A stretch of 64,000 nt of DNA from a virus, in the IMG/VR virus record IMGVR_UViG_3300045970_000382, positions 32,001 through 96,000 of that record. One strand, given 5' to 3'. The position numbers were made by a program, and so were the translations under genes. Shown here one piece after another: positions 1 to 10,326 of the stretch (position 1 is its first letter; every line of letters begins with the position of its first letter). The notes under the pieces are model-generated. The model saw nothing but the letters and a program-made list of their open reading frames with translations. It was not told where the DNA came from and made no database searches.

Positions 1-435
1 AATAAAATTATCCCACAATATGTTAAAGATTTACCAGCTTCATATTTACAAGAATTTTATGAAAGTTATAAGTTAGGTGATGGTGATAAACAAGGAACTT
101 TATATACATCTGGAAAACAGTTAGCTGAAGATTTATATGAAATAGTTGTTAAATCAGGTTACGCTGCACAACTTAAATTATTATATTCTGCAGGGACTGA
201 GACTTTTAGTAAATCTTGGGATAGATCTCATGTTGCAACTAAAGATGGTTATGCTATCTATGTTAGTAAACATCATATAACTCCTTGGGTTTCTTTATGG
301 AGACAAGATAAAGTATTAGAAACAACTTCTAATAAAATAGGTTATGAAAATTATACGGGCTTTGTTTACTGCGTAACGGTTCCAAATTCTATTGTTTTAG
401 TAAGAAGAAATGGTAAGAGTGTTTTTTGTGGTAAC
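1..435 (+). mobile_element. Intein, C-terminal part (LAGLIDADG-type endonuclease remnant plus C-terminal splicing blocks)
   Basis: Frame 1 reads LQEFYESYKLGDGD...LYTSGKQLAEDLYEIVVKSG...YTGFVYCVTVPNSIVLVRRNGKSVFCGN|S; terminal Asn 433-435, +1 Ser 436-438. Confidence 0.9.
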
Positions 436-3400
436 TCCATGGCCGGGACTGCACTTCGTGGTATGTTAGAGCATTTGTTTAATCCAACTAAAGATGAAGC
501 CAAATTAATGGATGAACTTGGAAAAAGAATTGGTGGTGTAGGTTTACAAATTAAAGATTCAGAAGGAAGTTTTATAGGGTTTGCTAATATTATTAGGCAA
601 TTAGAAAAAGCAGGTTTTACTTCTGCAGAAGCTTTGAGATTGTTTGGACAAAGAGCTGGCCCAGGTGTTGCAGCCATGATGAAATTGGGTTCTGCTGGTT
701 TAGATGAATTTAATTCTAAGATGTATACGGCAGAAGGAACTGCTGGAGCTATGTCACAAATGATGGAGTCATCTTTACAAGGACGGTTTGAACTGATGAC
801 TAGAGCTATTCAGAGTTTTAGTATGGCTCTTGCTCAAAATTTAGAAGCTCCATTGAAGATGGCTGCGGATGCAATAACTACTGTTGTTGTTGCTTTCCAT
901 AATTTTCATACGGCATTAGGGCCAGTTGCTCAAGTATTAGATACTATAGCGGCATCATTAGCAGGTTTTATGGCTGTTGCTGGATCAGCAACATTCGCAT
1001 GGTTCTTGATGGTTGTTCCTGTTACTCAGTTTTTAGGGTTTGTAAGATTGTTAGTTGCTGTGATGGAAGTAGGTAAAACATCTTTATTGACTAATGCGGC
1101 TGCGGGTCAGGTTTTAGCTGCACAACAGATGGAACAGATTGCTGTTTTAACAGGAGTTACTATTCAGACTAAAGCTGCTACTATTGTTACAGAATTAAAT
1201 ACTATAGCTAAAATTCAGAATAATGAAGCAACAATAGCTCAAGGTTTAGCTGAAATGAGAACTGCTTTAATGGCTCAAGGTCTTACTACTGCTCAAATAG
1301 AACAGACTATGGCTATGACAGCAAATAGTATTGCTATGGCTAGAGATTCTGAAGCTGCTCTGTTGTTAGCTAAGAATACCGCTATTGCTGATCTAGCTAA
1401 TAGAGGATTTTTTGCTACATTGGGTGCTTTTGGTAAGATGATGTTAAGTCAACTTGCATCAGGTTTAGCTGCTCTTGGGACTTATGTTATAAATGCAGTT
1501 AAATCTATATATACTCTTGTTGTGGCTCAGGGGGTTTTAGGAACTGCAAGTATAGGTTTATCTGGAATACTTACTTATTTACAGGCAGCCCTCATTCGTG
1601 TAAGTGTTGCTGCTACTACTGCTTGGACAGCTTTAATGGGACCTATAGGAATTGGAATAGCTGCATTAGCTCTTTTAGGTGCTGCTATTTATGGAATTTA
1701 TCTGTCAATGACAGAAGTTGAACGTGCCAAAGAAGATGCACTAAAATTTGATAAAGAGTCAGAATCAATTAAGAAATATGCAGGTGATATTAAAGATGCT
1801 AAAGCTGAATTAAAAGATTTACTAGTAACTAGATTAGAAGGTGAAATTGAAACTCCTAATATAGTTTTAGATAAAAGTAATATTGAAAAAACAATTCAAC
1901 AATTTGCTAAATTAGAACAAGATGCACTTAAACATGGTAATACTGACATTGCTCTTGAATACAAATTTAATTTAGAAACTAATTCACAAGATGTTGCTCT
2001 TAGATTTAAGGATCAATTAATACCTATTATAGAGGCAGGTAAAGCTTTACCAGCAGGTATTAAACAAGTAATGGATGCATACGATACATCTGCAATAGAT
2101 TCTAAAGCAGAAATTTTGGATAAATCACTTAAAAATTTTGGAATAATTCTTACTGATGGAGTAAAGACTCAAGGTATTTTAATTACTGCATTTCATAAAC
2201 TTTTTAATATTCCTATTACTTTAGATTCTGGACAACAACAAAAGTTAGTTGAAGTTATAGATCAAAATAAGTTAATGTTTTCAAAATGGTATGAAAGTCA
2301 GAAACAGACCGTTGAAGATTTTAGTAATCTTAAAACAGCAGAAGTGCTTAGAAAATATTGGATTGATATTTACGGAAGCTCTAGTTCTATTCCAAAAACA
2401 GTAGTAGAAGAAACAAAAAGCTCTTTAACAGTATTAGTAGAAGAAATAAGAAATACTGAAGCTAAGTTAAAAAATCATAAACCTTTACAAGTGTCTTTAG
2501 TTAATTTGGCTAAAAATTCTGATGATTTTAAAGCTGGATTAGTAGAATTTGATAATGGATATGATGAAGCTACTAAGAAAATGGCAGACAAATTTAAAAC
2601 AGGTTTTGATGCTGCGGGTAAGTATCTTACAGAGTTTACTGCTATAAATTCGGAAGCATCTAAAGATCAAATAAGAACTTTAGAAAGTGCCAGTACTGAA
2701 CGTTTGGCACTTGCTAAGAAAGATGCGGATATGACTGGTACTTTTGAAGTTCTTACTTCTCAAGAATTAAGAAAGACAACCACTGAAAAGACTAAAATAC
2801 TTATTGATGGACTTAAAATAATAGAAGATGTTAAAAAGAGTATGATGGATTCATCACAAGGACTTGGCCCAGAACTTAAAATAGAAGCTGAAAAAGGTTT
2901 TATTGAAGTATTAGGTCAAGAAAAAACTGTGTATCAAGATTCGGTAGCTTCTATGATTGCTGAATCTGCTAAATTAGCAGATATTATTAATGGTTTAGAA
3001 AAAAATTATAGAACGTTTCATGAAAGTATTTTAGCTTCTCAGGTTAAACTTACGAAAGATGCTTGTGAAACTGATCTTACAACAGAGTCTGCTAGTTTAG
3101 AAGCTAAAAAGAAAATAGATGAGGCTAAATTAGCTTTTACAGCCGGAAATTATGCTGATGAATTTAAATTGGCTCAAGAAGCTAAAGCAAAATTAGATGC
3201 TATAGATGCTACTACTGTTCAATCTTTTAGTACACAAGAAAAAAAGCAAATTTTTGACCAATATACAGAAATAGATAAATTAGCAAAACAAAGTGCAGAC
3301 ACATCTATTGCTAAACATAAGGAAGAACAAGATGCATTACAAAAAGCCATAGGAGAAACTAATAAAGTCATTCAATCTATGTCTGTTAATATGAGTCAAG

Positions 3401-5529
3401 TTGGAACTAGCATTGAAGGTAGTGTTAATAAGATGACTGAAGCTGTTAATAATTTACTTACAGCTCTTGCAGAAGTAGCTAAAGCAAAAGGTTTTGATAT
3501 AAATCCAGCTACTCATGCTCTTACATTAGATGATGATTTAAAAAAATTACAAGCATCTCTTAGAGTTGCAGAAGTTATTAGAAATAAGTTAGTTGATATT
3601 ACTAAGATTTTTGATGAAACAGGTAAACTAACAGGAGAACAGGAATCGTTAGAATATTTAAAAACATTAGATAATGCTTTTACTGATCTTCATAAAGCAT
3701 CTATTAATGTTTTTGAAGAATTTAAGAAAGAAGGGGAAGATTTTAATTTACAGCCAGCAACAACATCTTTGGATATTTTTAAAAACAAGTTAGGTGAGAA
3801 TAAAAAAGCACAGGAAGATTTATTAATTATACTTCGTACAACTGCTAATGAACCTGGTATTTCACCACAAATGAAAACAGGTATAGAAGCTCAAATAGCA
3901 GAAGTTGAAAAATTTAAAAATGTAATTACTAATGATTTAAATACTCTTAGTCTTTTAGATCCATCAAAATTTGACCAAGATAAAGAAAAATTTAGAGCTA
4001 TTTTAGATGCTATAAGAATAGATTTTACTAAGTTTACAGAACATACTTATGTTGTTAATGTAGATGTTGCTGATAATCTTTTAGTTGCTGGTTTAGATAG
4101 AATAAAAGCAAAATTAAAGACTGTTGTCAGTACTCAAGATTTAATAGGTTATAAAGATGAATTAACTGCTCTACTTCAACAGTCTGTAGATCAAGGATTA
4201 AATCCTACTTTAATAAAAAGTACAAGAACTCTTCTTAATGTTGTTAAAGAAACTATTTCTACTATGGCAGGTATTGAACCTAAAATTGGAAAAAGTCCTA
4301 ATCCTACCAAAGTTAATGTTGAAAAACAGGCACAACCAATAGATACTGTAGAAAATACTAATAAAAATATCGTTGCTATTAAAGAAGAAAATGATGTTTA
4401 CACTAAAAATAGACTTGCTATTCAAGGATCAATTGATACAAGTAAACAAATTGCTGGTTTAGAAATTAAAAATACTGATGCTGTTAAAGAAGAAACAAAA
4501 GCTGTAGATGAATTATCTCAAGCTCAATTGAATAATAGAAAGATTAAAGAAGATTTAGCTAAAGTAGAAAGAGGTACAAGTACTGAAGGTAATAAAAACT
4601 ATTCGTGGATGAAACCTGTTATAGAACAGACTCAAATATTTGAGGATGTTTGGAATGGCATGACTAAAAGTGTTGAAACTTTCTCAAAACAAGATTTTAA
4701 AATTGATTTAGATTTAACTGATATAAAAAATACAGAAGATGCAGAAGATAAAGTTAAACAAATAGAAGAAGGATTAAGATTAGTTGCCAAGGCTAAAGAA
4801 GAAGTTAATGGTAAAAAAATGGATCCAGAAAATCTTAAAGCTTATGCTGATAGACTAACTGATTTAGAAACAGCCTACACTGATGCTTTATCTAAATTAG
4901 ATAAACCTTTAACTCCTGAAGTTAAGGCTACTTCTTTAAATGAAACCACTTTTAGCTTAGAAAATATGGTTAATATGCTCAATTCTTTGAAGTCTGAACA
5001 AGTAGGCATACCTGTAGAAGTTTTTGATAAAGCAACTAGTGTTGTAGAAAGTATCCAAGCTAGTGTGGATCAATTACACGGTAAAACTTTAGATATTATA
5101 GTGAATAAAGTATCAGGAAATAGTATTGGTGGATTAATTAGCTATTTTACTGAAGGTGGTAATGTTTTTAATAGACCAAGTTATTCGGTAGTACCAGGTT
5201 CAGGGGATGGTGATAAAGTGCCAGCCATGCTTGAGGCTAATGAATTTGTTTTACGAAAATCATCTGTACAAAAATTTGGTGTACCTTTCTTGAATAATAT
5301 TAATGCGGGTATTTTGAAACTTCAATCAGGTGGATTGGTTTCTGGATTTGATCTTAATTCTATACAAGGTTTAAATGATAGTTCTTTTAATAAAGGAAAA
5401 GATGGTAAAATTCTTGACGAAGTTAATGTTAATTTACAAGTAGGTAACCATCCAGTTCCTTTTGTAATGAAATCTAATAGAGAAACAGCTAATGAATTAT
5501 TAGCCGTTCTTAAAAATGTGGGGTTGTAA
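1..5529 (+). CDS. Tail tape measure protein (5'-truncated, intein-containing)
   Basis: Frame 1 is open from base 1 into the 439 ORF. S-MAGTALR...G.Q..DS.G.F..F..I..QL is a TP901-type TMP core motif, followed by an Ala-rich hydrophobic region, a long coiled coil and the C-terminal GG..VPG.G.GDKVPAMLE.NEFVL motif. Confidence 0.9.
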   Translation, partial: NKIIPQYVKDLPASYLQEFYESYKLGDGDKQGTLYTSGKQLAEDLYEIVVKSGYAAQLKLLYSAGTETFSKSWDRSHVATKDGYAIYVSKHHITPWVSLWRQDKVLETTSNKIGYENYTGFVYCVTVPNSIVLVRRNGKSVFCGNSMAGTALRGMLEHLFNPTKDEAKLMDELGKRIGGVGLQIKDSEGSFIGFANIIRQLEKAGFTSAEALRLFGQRAGPGVAAMMKLGSAGLDEFNSKMYTAEGTAGAMSQMMESSLQGRFELMTRAIQSFSMALAQNLEAPLKMAADAITTVVVAFHNFHTALGPVAQVLDTIAASLAGFMAVAGSATFAWFLMVVPVTQFLGFVRLLVAVMEVGKTSLLTNAAAGQVLAAQQMEQIAVLTGVTIQTKAATIVTELNTIAKIQNNEATIAQGLAEMRTALMAQGLTTAQIEQTMAMTANSIAMARDSEAALLLAKNTAIADLANRGFFATLGAFGKMMLSQLASGLAALGTYVINAVKSIYTLVVAQGVLGTASIGLSGILTYLQAALIRVSVAATTAWTALMGPIGIGIAALALLGAAIYGIYLSMTEVERAKEDALKFDKESESIKKYAGDIKDAKAELKDLLVTRLEGEIETPNIVLDKSNIEKTIQQFAKLEQDALKHGNTDIALEYKFNLETNSQDVALRFKDQLIPIIEAGKALPAGIKQVMDAYDTSAIDSKAEILDKSLKNFGIILTDGVKTQGILITAFHKLFNIPITLDSGQQQKLVEVIDQNKLMFSKWYESQKQTVEDFSNLKTAEVLRKYWIDIYGSSSSIPKTVVEETKSSLTVLVEEIRNTEAKLKNHKPLQVSLVNLAKNSDDFKAGLVEFDNGYDEATKKMADKFKTGFDAAGKYLTEFTAINSEASKDQIRTLESASTERLALAKKDADMTGTFEVLTSQELRKTTTEKTKILIDGLKIIEDVKKSMMDSSQGLGPELKIEAEKGFIEVLGQEKTVYQDSVASMIAESAKLADIINGLEKNYRTFHESILASQVKLTKDACETDLTTESASLEAKKKIDEAKLAFTAGNYADEFKLAQEAKAKLDAIDATTVQSFSTQEKKQIFDQYTEIDKLAKQSADTSIAKHKEEQDALQKAIGETNKVIQSMSVNMSQVGTSIEGSVNKMTEAVNNLLTALAEVAKAKGFDINPATHALTLDDDLKKLQASLRVAEVIRNKLVDITKIFDETGKLTGEQESLEYLKTLDNAFTDLHKASINVFEEFKKEGEDFNLQPATTSLDIFKNKLGENKKAQEDLLIILRTTANEPGISPQMKTGIEAQIAEVEKFKNVITNDLNTLSLLDPSKFDQDKEKFRAILDAIRIDFTKFTEHTYVVNVDVADNLLVAGLDRIKAKLKTVVSTQDLIGYKDELTALLQQSVDQGLNPTLIKSTRTLLNVVKETISTMAGIEPKIGKSPNPTKVNVEKQAQPIDTVENTNKNIVAIKEENDVYTKNRLAIQGSIDTSKQIAGLEIKNTDAVKEETKAVDELSQAQLNNRKIKEDLAKVERGTSTEGNKNYSWMKPVIEQTQIFEDVWNGMTKSVETFSKQDFKIDLDLTDIKNTEDAEDKVKQIEEGLRLVAKAKEEVNGKKMDPENLKAYADRLTDLETAYTDALSKLDKPLTPEVKATSLNETTFSLENMVNMLNSLKSEQVGIPVEVFDKATSVVESIQASVDQLHGKTLDIIVNKVSGNSIGGLISYFTEGGNVFNRPSYSVVPGSGDGDKVPAMLEANEFVLRKSSVQKFGVPFLNNINAGILKLQSGGLVSGFDLNSIQGLNDSSFNKGKDGKILDEVNVNLQVGNHPVPFVMKSNRETANELLAVLKNVGL

Positions 5530-5532
5530 GTA

Positions 5533-5922
5533 ATGGCGGAAGCATTTGTAGTTAAAATTGGGTCGTTGATTCTAAACCCTGAGATTGTCTGGGAAGACAA
5601 ATCTAAATGGGTACCTATATATCAGGGCAGCGCACTTACATTGGGTGGTAAAACTATTATTCAGGCTATAGCCGCTGTTAATGGTAGGCCGGTGACTCTT
5701 ACAGCAACACAGACTCAAGGTTGGCTGACGCTAACCCAAGTAAATGCTCTATTAGTAATGGCGGCTGTGCCTGGGGCTGTTTATGTTTTTCAGTATGGAT
5801 CATTCACTACCAATGTGATGTTTAGGAGTCACGAACCACCCGCTGTTGAAATGACTCCTTTAGTAGATGGAGCAGAACCCTGTACCTATCATTCAGGTAC
5901 TATTAAGTTGATAACGATATAA
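5533..5922 (+). CDS. Distal tail / tail-tip protein
   Basis: Directly after TMP; W.D...W......TLGG..I.Q.....GRP.TL and GWL patterns typical of small siphovirus tail proteins. Confidence 0.6.
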   Translation: MAEAFVVKIGSLILNPEIVWEDKSKWVPIYQGSALTLGGKTIIQAIAAVNGRPVTLTATQTQGWLTLTQVNALLVMAAVPGAVYVFQYGSFTTNVMFRSHEPPAVEMTPLVDGAEPCTYHSGTIKLITI

Positions 5923-5984
5923 CCTGTTATTTTAAATTGTAAAAGTATATAATATACATTTACTTAAAATACAATAGGTTATAT
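5917..5984 (+). promoter_or_regulatory. Long hairpin sequestering the HNH gene RBS, with a TATAAT at its apex
   Basis: atataacct 5917-5925 pairs aggttatat 5976-5984; attttaa/ttaaaat, gtaaa/tttac and gtat/atac also pair; TATAAT at 5948-5953. Confidence 0.65.
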
Positions 5985-5985
5985 T

Positions 5986-6714
5986 ATGAAGATAGGCGAT
6001 ATTTTTCAAACAAACACATCTGGTTTTTGTACTGTTATAGAGTATAAAGATTGTAAAAATGTAAGAGTTAGATTTGAAGATGGAACTGAAATAACTTGTC
6101 AGGCAGGTAATTTAAGAAATGGTTTAGTTAAAGATCCAAGTCTTAAGTTTTGTAGTATTGGTTTTATTGGAGTTGGAATTTATTCTTATACATCACATAA
6201 AAGAATTTATATGGTTTGGATTGAGATGTTAAAAAGATGTTATGACGAAGGTACTCAATTAAATAATCGATCTTATATCGGTTGTACTGTTTGTGAAAAA
6301 TGGTTTAATTTTCAAAATTTTGCCCATGATTACTTGTTGATGATAGGTTCAGATCTAAATTGGGAACTGGATAAAGATATATTATTTAAAGGAAATAAAT
6401 TATATTCACCAGAAACGTGTTGTTTAGTTCCATCTCAAATAAATAAACTTTTAACAAAAAGTGATGCTAGTAGAGGTGAATTTCATATTGGAGTTTTTTA
6501 TGATGAACGTTATATAAAACCATATTTGGCTCATTGTAGTATTAAAGGAAAACAAGAGTATCTTGGATCTTATAAAACAGAACATGAAGCACATCAAGCT
6601 TACAAAATAGCTAAAGAAACTGAAATCAAAAGACTAGCCAATGTTTATAAAGACCAATTAGATAGAAGAGTATATATTGCTCTAATGAATTACGAAGTTG
6701 AAATAACAGATTAA
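5986..6714 (+). CDS. Free-standing HNH-type homing endonuclease with AP2-like C-terminus
   Basis: W..ML.RCY...Y.GCTVCE.W.NFQNF, LDKDIL.KGNK.YSPETC.LVP..IN, YLGSYKT..EAH.AY; paralogous to 56885 and 62509. Confidence 0.8.
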   Translation: MKIGDIFQTNTSGFCTVIEYKDCKNVRVRFEDGTEITCQAGNLRNGLVKDPSLKFCSIGFIGVGIYSYTSHKRIYMVWIEMLKRCYDEGTQLNNRSYIGCTVCEKWFNFQNFAHDYLLMIGSDLNWELDKDILFKGNKLYSPETCCLVPSQINKLLTKSDASRGEFHIGVFYDERYIKPYLAHCSIKGKQEYLGSYKTEHEAHQAYKIAKETEIKRLANVYKDQLDRRVYIALMNYEVEITD

Positions 6715-6727
6715 GAGGAATAAAACA

Positions 6728-7732
6728 ATGTCAATTGAAAGATCTAACATAAAGTACTACAAATCACTTGTTTATGATGATGGGGTAGGTAGTGGTGGTC
6801 GAAGGAGTAATACCCAGATAACATCTGGATCTTCAAACCAATTATTCCCTGTAATAACAAGTGCAGAACGATCTGCGGGATCAATAAAGTTTCGTAAAAT
6901 CTTCGTTCAAGTGGAAACGTATCAAAATTTACCTTTAATTGATGCAAAGGTTTATATAGAAAGTCCCACCCAGGCTCAAGACATGGTGTTTTTCGCTCCA
7001 GGTACAGCTACCAATATTAAATCAGGTTTAACAGGTAGTGAACGGTTTTATGGATGTGGTTATTTAAATGCTAATGTTGCTTTAGATGCAACTGTATTAA
7101 CAGTTAGAGTTGAAGATGGTACTATTCCATTGTTTGTAAGTGGCGATTTAGTTAGGATTAGTAATAAATCTAATCTTGATGATACTACCTCAGGTACTAC
7201 AGAAGAATATGTAACCATTACTGGAACTCCATCTGTAGTAGGAAGCGTAGTTACATTTAGTCTTGTTACAGGTGTTACTAATGCGTATTTGGCTGCTGAT
7301 ACAAGAGTTGCATCTGTTTATCAAGCGGGTAATGTTGATACCCGTTATAGTGATTTACTAGTTTCGTCTACTGATGGACTTTATGATGAAGTAAATTATC
7401 CTATAGAGTTGGCTTCTATTTCAACGATAACTCAGAATTGGACATTAACTTTTACTACTGCTAATTTAGTGACTGTGGTAGGTGACTCTATTGGATCTTT
7501 AGGTTCATTTTTGACTTTATCAGGAATATCACCTGTAAACGTGGCCTATTCTTCTGCTTATTTTACGTTGCCTGCTGCTGCATTTAGTGGAACTTTTGTG
7601 GCTAATGACGTTATCACTTTTAAGACTTATGCTCAATTTATTCCTTTATGGTTCAAAAGAATAGTTCCTATAGGTACAGCTACTTTTACAGGTAATAAAT
7701 TTGTTGTGGTGGTTGAAGGCGAATCGGAATAA
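6728..7732 (+). CDS. Virion structural (tail) protein
   Basis: N.LFP.I...ER..G...RKIF and LW.KRIVP motifs, also seen in 31715; beta-rich; tail context. Confidence 0.65.
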   Translation: MSIERSNIKYYKSLVYDDGVGSGGRRSNTQITSGSSNQLFPVITSAERSAGSIKFRKIFVQVETYQNLPLIDAKVYIESPTQAQDMVFFAPGTATNIKSGLTGSERFYGCGYLNANVALDATVLTVRVEDGTIPLFVSGDLVRISNKSNLDDTTSGTTEEYVTITGTPSVVGSVVTFSLVTGVTNAYLAADTRVASVYQAGNVDTRYSDLLVSSTDGLYDEVNYPIELASISTITQNWTLTFTTANLVTVVGDSIGSLGSFLTLSGISPVNVAYSSAYFTLPAAAFSGTFVANDVITFKTYAQFIPLWFKRIVPIGTATFTGNKFVVVVEGESE

Positions 7733-9942
7733 TGGCTATTGAAGACCTTGCGGTCACTTATACAGTTTCTGCCACTTTAACTTTTTCTTTTGAAAGAGCT
7801 AAGATTATTCCTCAATTAATTGAAGGGTATACTAGTTCAGAATTTGTTTTCAATCCTTATTCTGATAGATTTGATCCTTGTGTAAATTACTACCATAGCT
7901 ATGGTATTGATCCAATAAGTGTTAATCTTACTGGTTTAGGACATTTAATTTATGTAGGTTATAATACAGAACTTTTTCAAGAGGAATTAACTTTTGATGG
8001 TTCTTCTGTAGCTTCTTTATCTCAAATACCTATAAGTAATGTGCTTATGGGTGTTGAGAGTCGTTATTTTGAAAAAATAACAGAAACATTTAATATGGGT
8101 GAAATCACTTATACTGCATCCAGTTTTTCTCCTGTATTAAAATATAATTCTATAGCTAATGAAATAAGTGTTTCTGACAATCCAGATGTTTTAGTAAAAT
8201 ATTATGGAAAGATTGTTGTAAAATACAATGTTCATAAAAATACATATAAAGTTTCTTTTAAAGGTATTCCATGTTATGATTTTGCTGGTTACGTTCCAAC
8301 AACCAGTCAAATGGGTTCATCTACTTTACCTTCAGGAAGTGGAAATAGTGGAGTTACAGTTACTAATGCCAGTTATTTTTCTGGTGGGACAAGTTATGTG
8401 ACACAAGATAATGTTATTACTTATACTACACAACTAACTCCAAATGATCTCATATTGACAAATGAGAATTATACTCTTGCAGCTATCTTTTTAACAGGTA
8501 TATCTACTATATCAGGAAAAAGAAATCAGAATTGTTGTGCTAGACCGACTTATGCGGGTGGTGTTGTAACAGGTGTTTCTGGAGATAATAATGAGGCTTT
8601 TGGTTGTACTACTGTTGTAAGTCTTTATGGGGATAATCCTGATTCAGTTTCTGATAAAAATAATAATGCAAGTGTAGGATATATGGGTTACTCTAAAGAA
8701 GGAGTTATTGAGACTTTAGAATTTAATGGATCTACATCAGTATCTTTAAAATATATTCCTATTGGTATCCCTAGTATTATAGAAAAATCTGATTTTGAAA
8801 GTATCGGAACTTATGCTAATGGTAGTGGTACATCCAATGTTCCACATAGTGGACTTGGATATAATCCATTTACTAATTCTTATGAAATAATTCCAACATC
8901 AGGTATAAGTAATGCTCAATTTTTTGGAACTATGGTTATTGGTTATGAGAGTGAAAGATATGATTATGCAGTAACTTTTAGCCAAAATAATTGCCCTGAA
9001 AATACAGATACTGAAGCTGAAAGGAAAAGAAAAGAAGATTTATCTAAAGCATTTCTTGTTATTACTTGGGGTCCTACTCATAAAACATCGCTGACTGTAA
9101 GTAGAGACAGTTCTTGTTGCCCTAAACAAAAACCAGGAAAATCAATAGAATCATATACAGTTAAAGTAGAACATGCATCTTTTTGTAATTCTTTTAAATC
9201 TAAAAAAGAAGTTTCACAAAGTGCATTAACAGGTTATACAGCTAGAGTAGATATAACAGATTATATTTTAGTACATAATTTTGGTGAATATGATTTTGAT
9301 TTAGATGCTTATACAATAGAAGATGGAACTTTTGGTAAAGCTAAACAAGATTCTGGTGGAGAATCTTCAGTAGGTGAAGTTGCAAAAGCACTGGATATTT
9401 CTTTTTCAAAGGTTTTTAGAAAAGAAGTTTTAATAAGACAACAATTATCTTTAAAAGAATCTAGTACGGCAACTTTAGATGGAATACCAAAACAACCCAA
9501 TTGGAAAGAAATTGTTCCATTAAAATCTATTCTTCCACAAAAATATGAACTCTATGTTTGTTTTGGTGTAAAAACTGAAGAAGTATATACAGGAGAGTAC
9601 AATTATTCTACACACACTTTTAATATTACTGGAGTCAAACAACTAAAAGCTAATGAAGTTTGTATCGTTAATTCTTTAAATATAGAAATGTTAGTATCTG
9701 GAGTTATAGAAGTTTCGTATTATACAACTATCTGTATTTATGAGATAATGTATACTTTAGGTTCTTCTAATCCAGCACCTAGTGTAACAGAATCAAGATA
9801 TAGAATTAGTTTTGTAAGTGACGATATTGTTTTAAATGGAGAATGTAAGTCTGATATAAAATCTATAAATGTGGTCAGTAAGAAAAAACTGAATAAAAGT
9901 TTTAAAGAATTTTTTGATTCATGTAAGACATGTAATCCTTGA
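7732..9942 (+). CDS. Putative tail-tip protein with three internal beta-sandwich-like repeats
   Basis: 736 aa, coupled to the upstream gene; three E.L.F.G..S.SL..IP...G...V.Y units. Confidence 0.5.
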   Translation: MAIEDLAVTYTVSATLTFSFERAKIIPQLIEGYTSSEFVFNPYSDRFDPCVNYYHSYGIDPISVNLTGLGHLIYVGYNTELFQEELTFDGSSVASLSQIPISNVLMGVESRYFEKITETFNMGEITYTASSFSPVLKYNSIANEISVSDNPDVLVKYYGKIVVKYNVHKNTYKVSFKGIPCYDFAGYVPTTSQMGSSTLPSGSGNSGVTVTNASYFSGGTSYVTQDNVITYTTQLTPNDLILTNENYTLAAIFLTGISTISGKRNQNCCARPTYAGGVVTGVSGDNNEAFGCTTVVSLYGDNPDSVSDKNNNASVGYMGYSKEGVIETLEFNGSTSVSLKYIPIGIPSIIEKSDFESIGTYANGSGTSNVPHSGLGYNPFTNSYEIIPTSGISNAQFFGTMVIGYESERYDYAVTFSQNNCPENTDTEAERKRKEDLSKAFLVITWGPTHKTSLTVSRDSSCCPKQKPGKSIESYTVKVEHASFCNSFKSKKEVSQSALTGYTARVDITDYILVHNFGEYDFDLDAYTIEDGTFGKAKQDSGGESSVGEVAKALDISFSKVFRKEVLIRQQLSLKESSTATLDGIPKQPNWKEIVPLKSILPQKYELYVCFGVKTEEVYTGEYNYSTHTFNITGVKQLKANEVCIVNSLNIEMLVSGVIEVSYYTTICIYEIMYTLGSSNPAPSVTESRYRISFVSDDIVLNGECKSDIKSINVVSKKKLNKSFKEFFDSCKTCNP

Positions 9943-9969
9943 AATTAAGTTTAATAAAGGAAAAATAAA

Positions 9970-10326
9970 GTGATTGAGTATAAACGAAAATATTCCATTC
10001 TTAATTTAACTGATTTAGGATTGTTTCATGACGGTCAATTGCCTCCTGATTACGATGGTTCAGTATTAAAGATAGAAGTTGTTCATAGAATTTTATTTGT
10101 AAATGAATTTACGGGTGAGTTGTTTACGATGACATTTAATCCTCCTGATGCAAAAAATTCTAGTAAAACTGTTACTCCATATACAAAAGATGAAATAAAG
10201 TTAAGAACTGCTGATGTTAATGAAGAACATGAGGATGGCAACCATTATTTTCCTAAAAGAGTAAAAGATTTGGCTGATTTTTTTATAGCAGATATAGAAA
10301 AAGATGGTGAGTCAAAGGTCATTTAG
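9970..10326 (+). CDS. Hypothetical protein
   Basis: 118-aa ORF, GTG start after aagga. Confidence 0.55.
   Translation: MIEYKRKYSILNLTDLGLFHDGQLPPDYDGSVLKIEVVHRILFVNEFTGELFTMTFNPPDAKNSSKTVTPYTKDEIKLRTADVNEEHEDGNHYFPKRVKDLADFFIADIEKDGESKVI

Noticed and set aside
439-441. ATG 439 as the TMP start
   Set aside because: Frame is open to base 1 and encodes an intein C-terminus; this Met is internal
5923-6727. HNH at 5986 as an intron-encoded ORF
   Set aside because: No P/Q/R/S elements flank it and both neighbouring genes look complete
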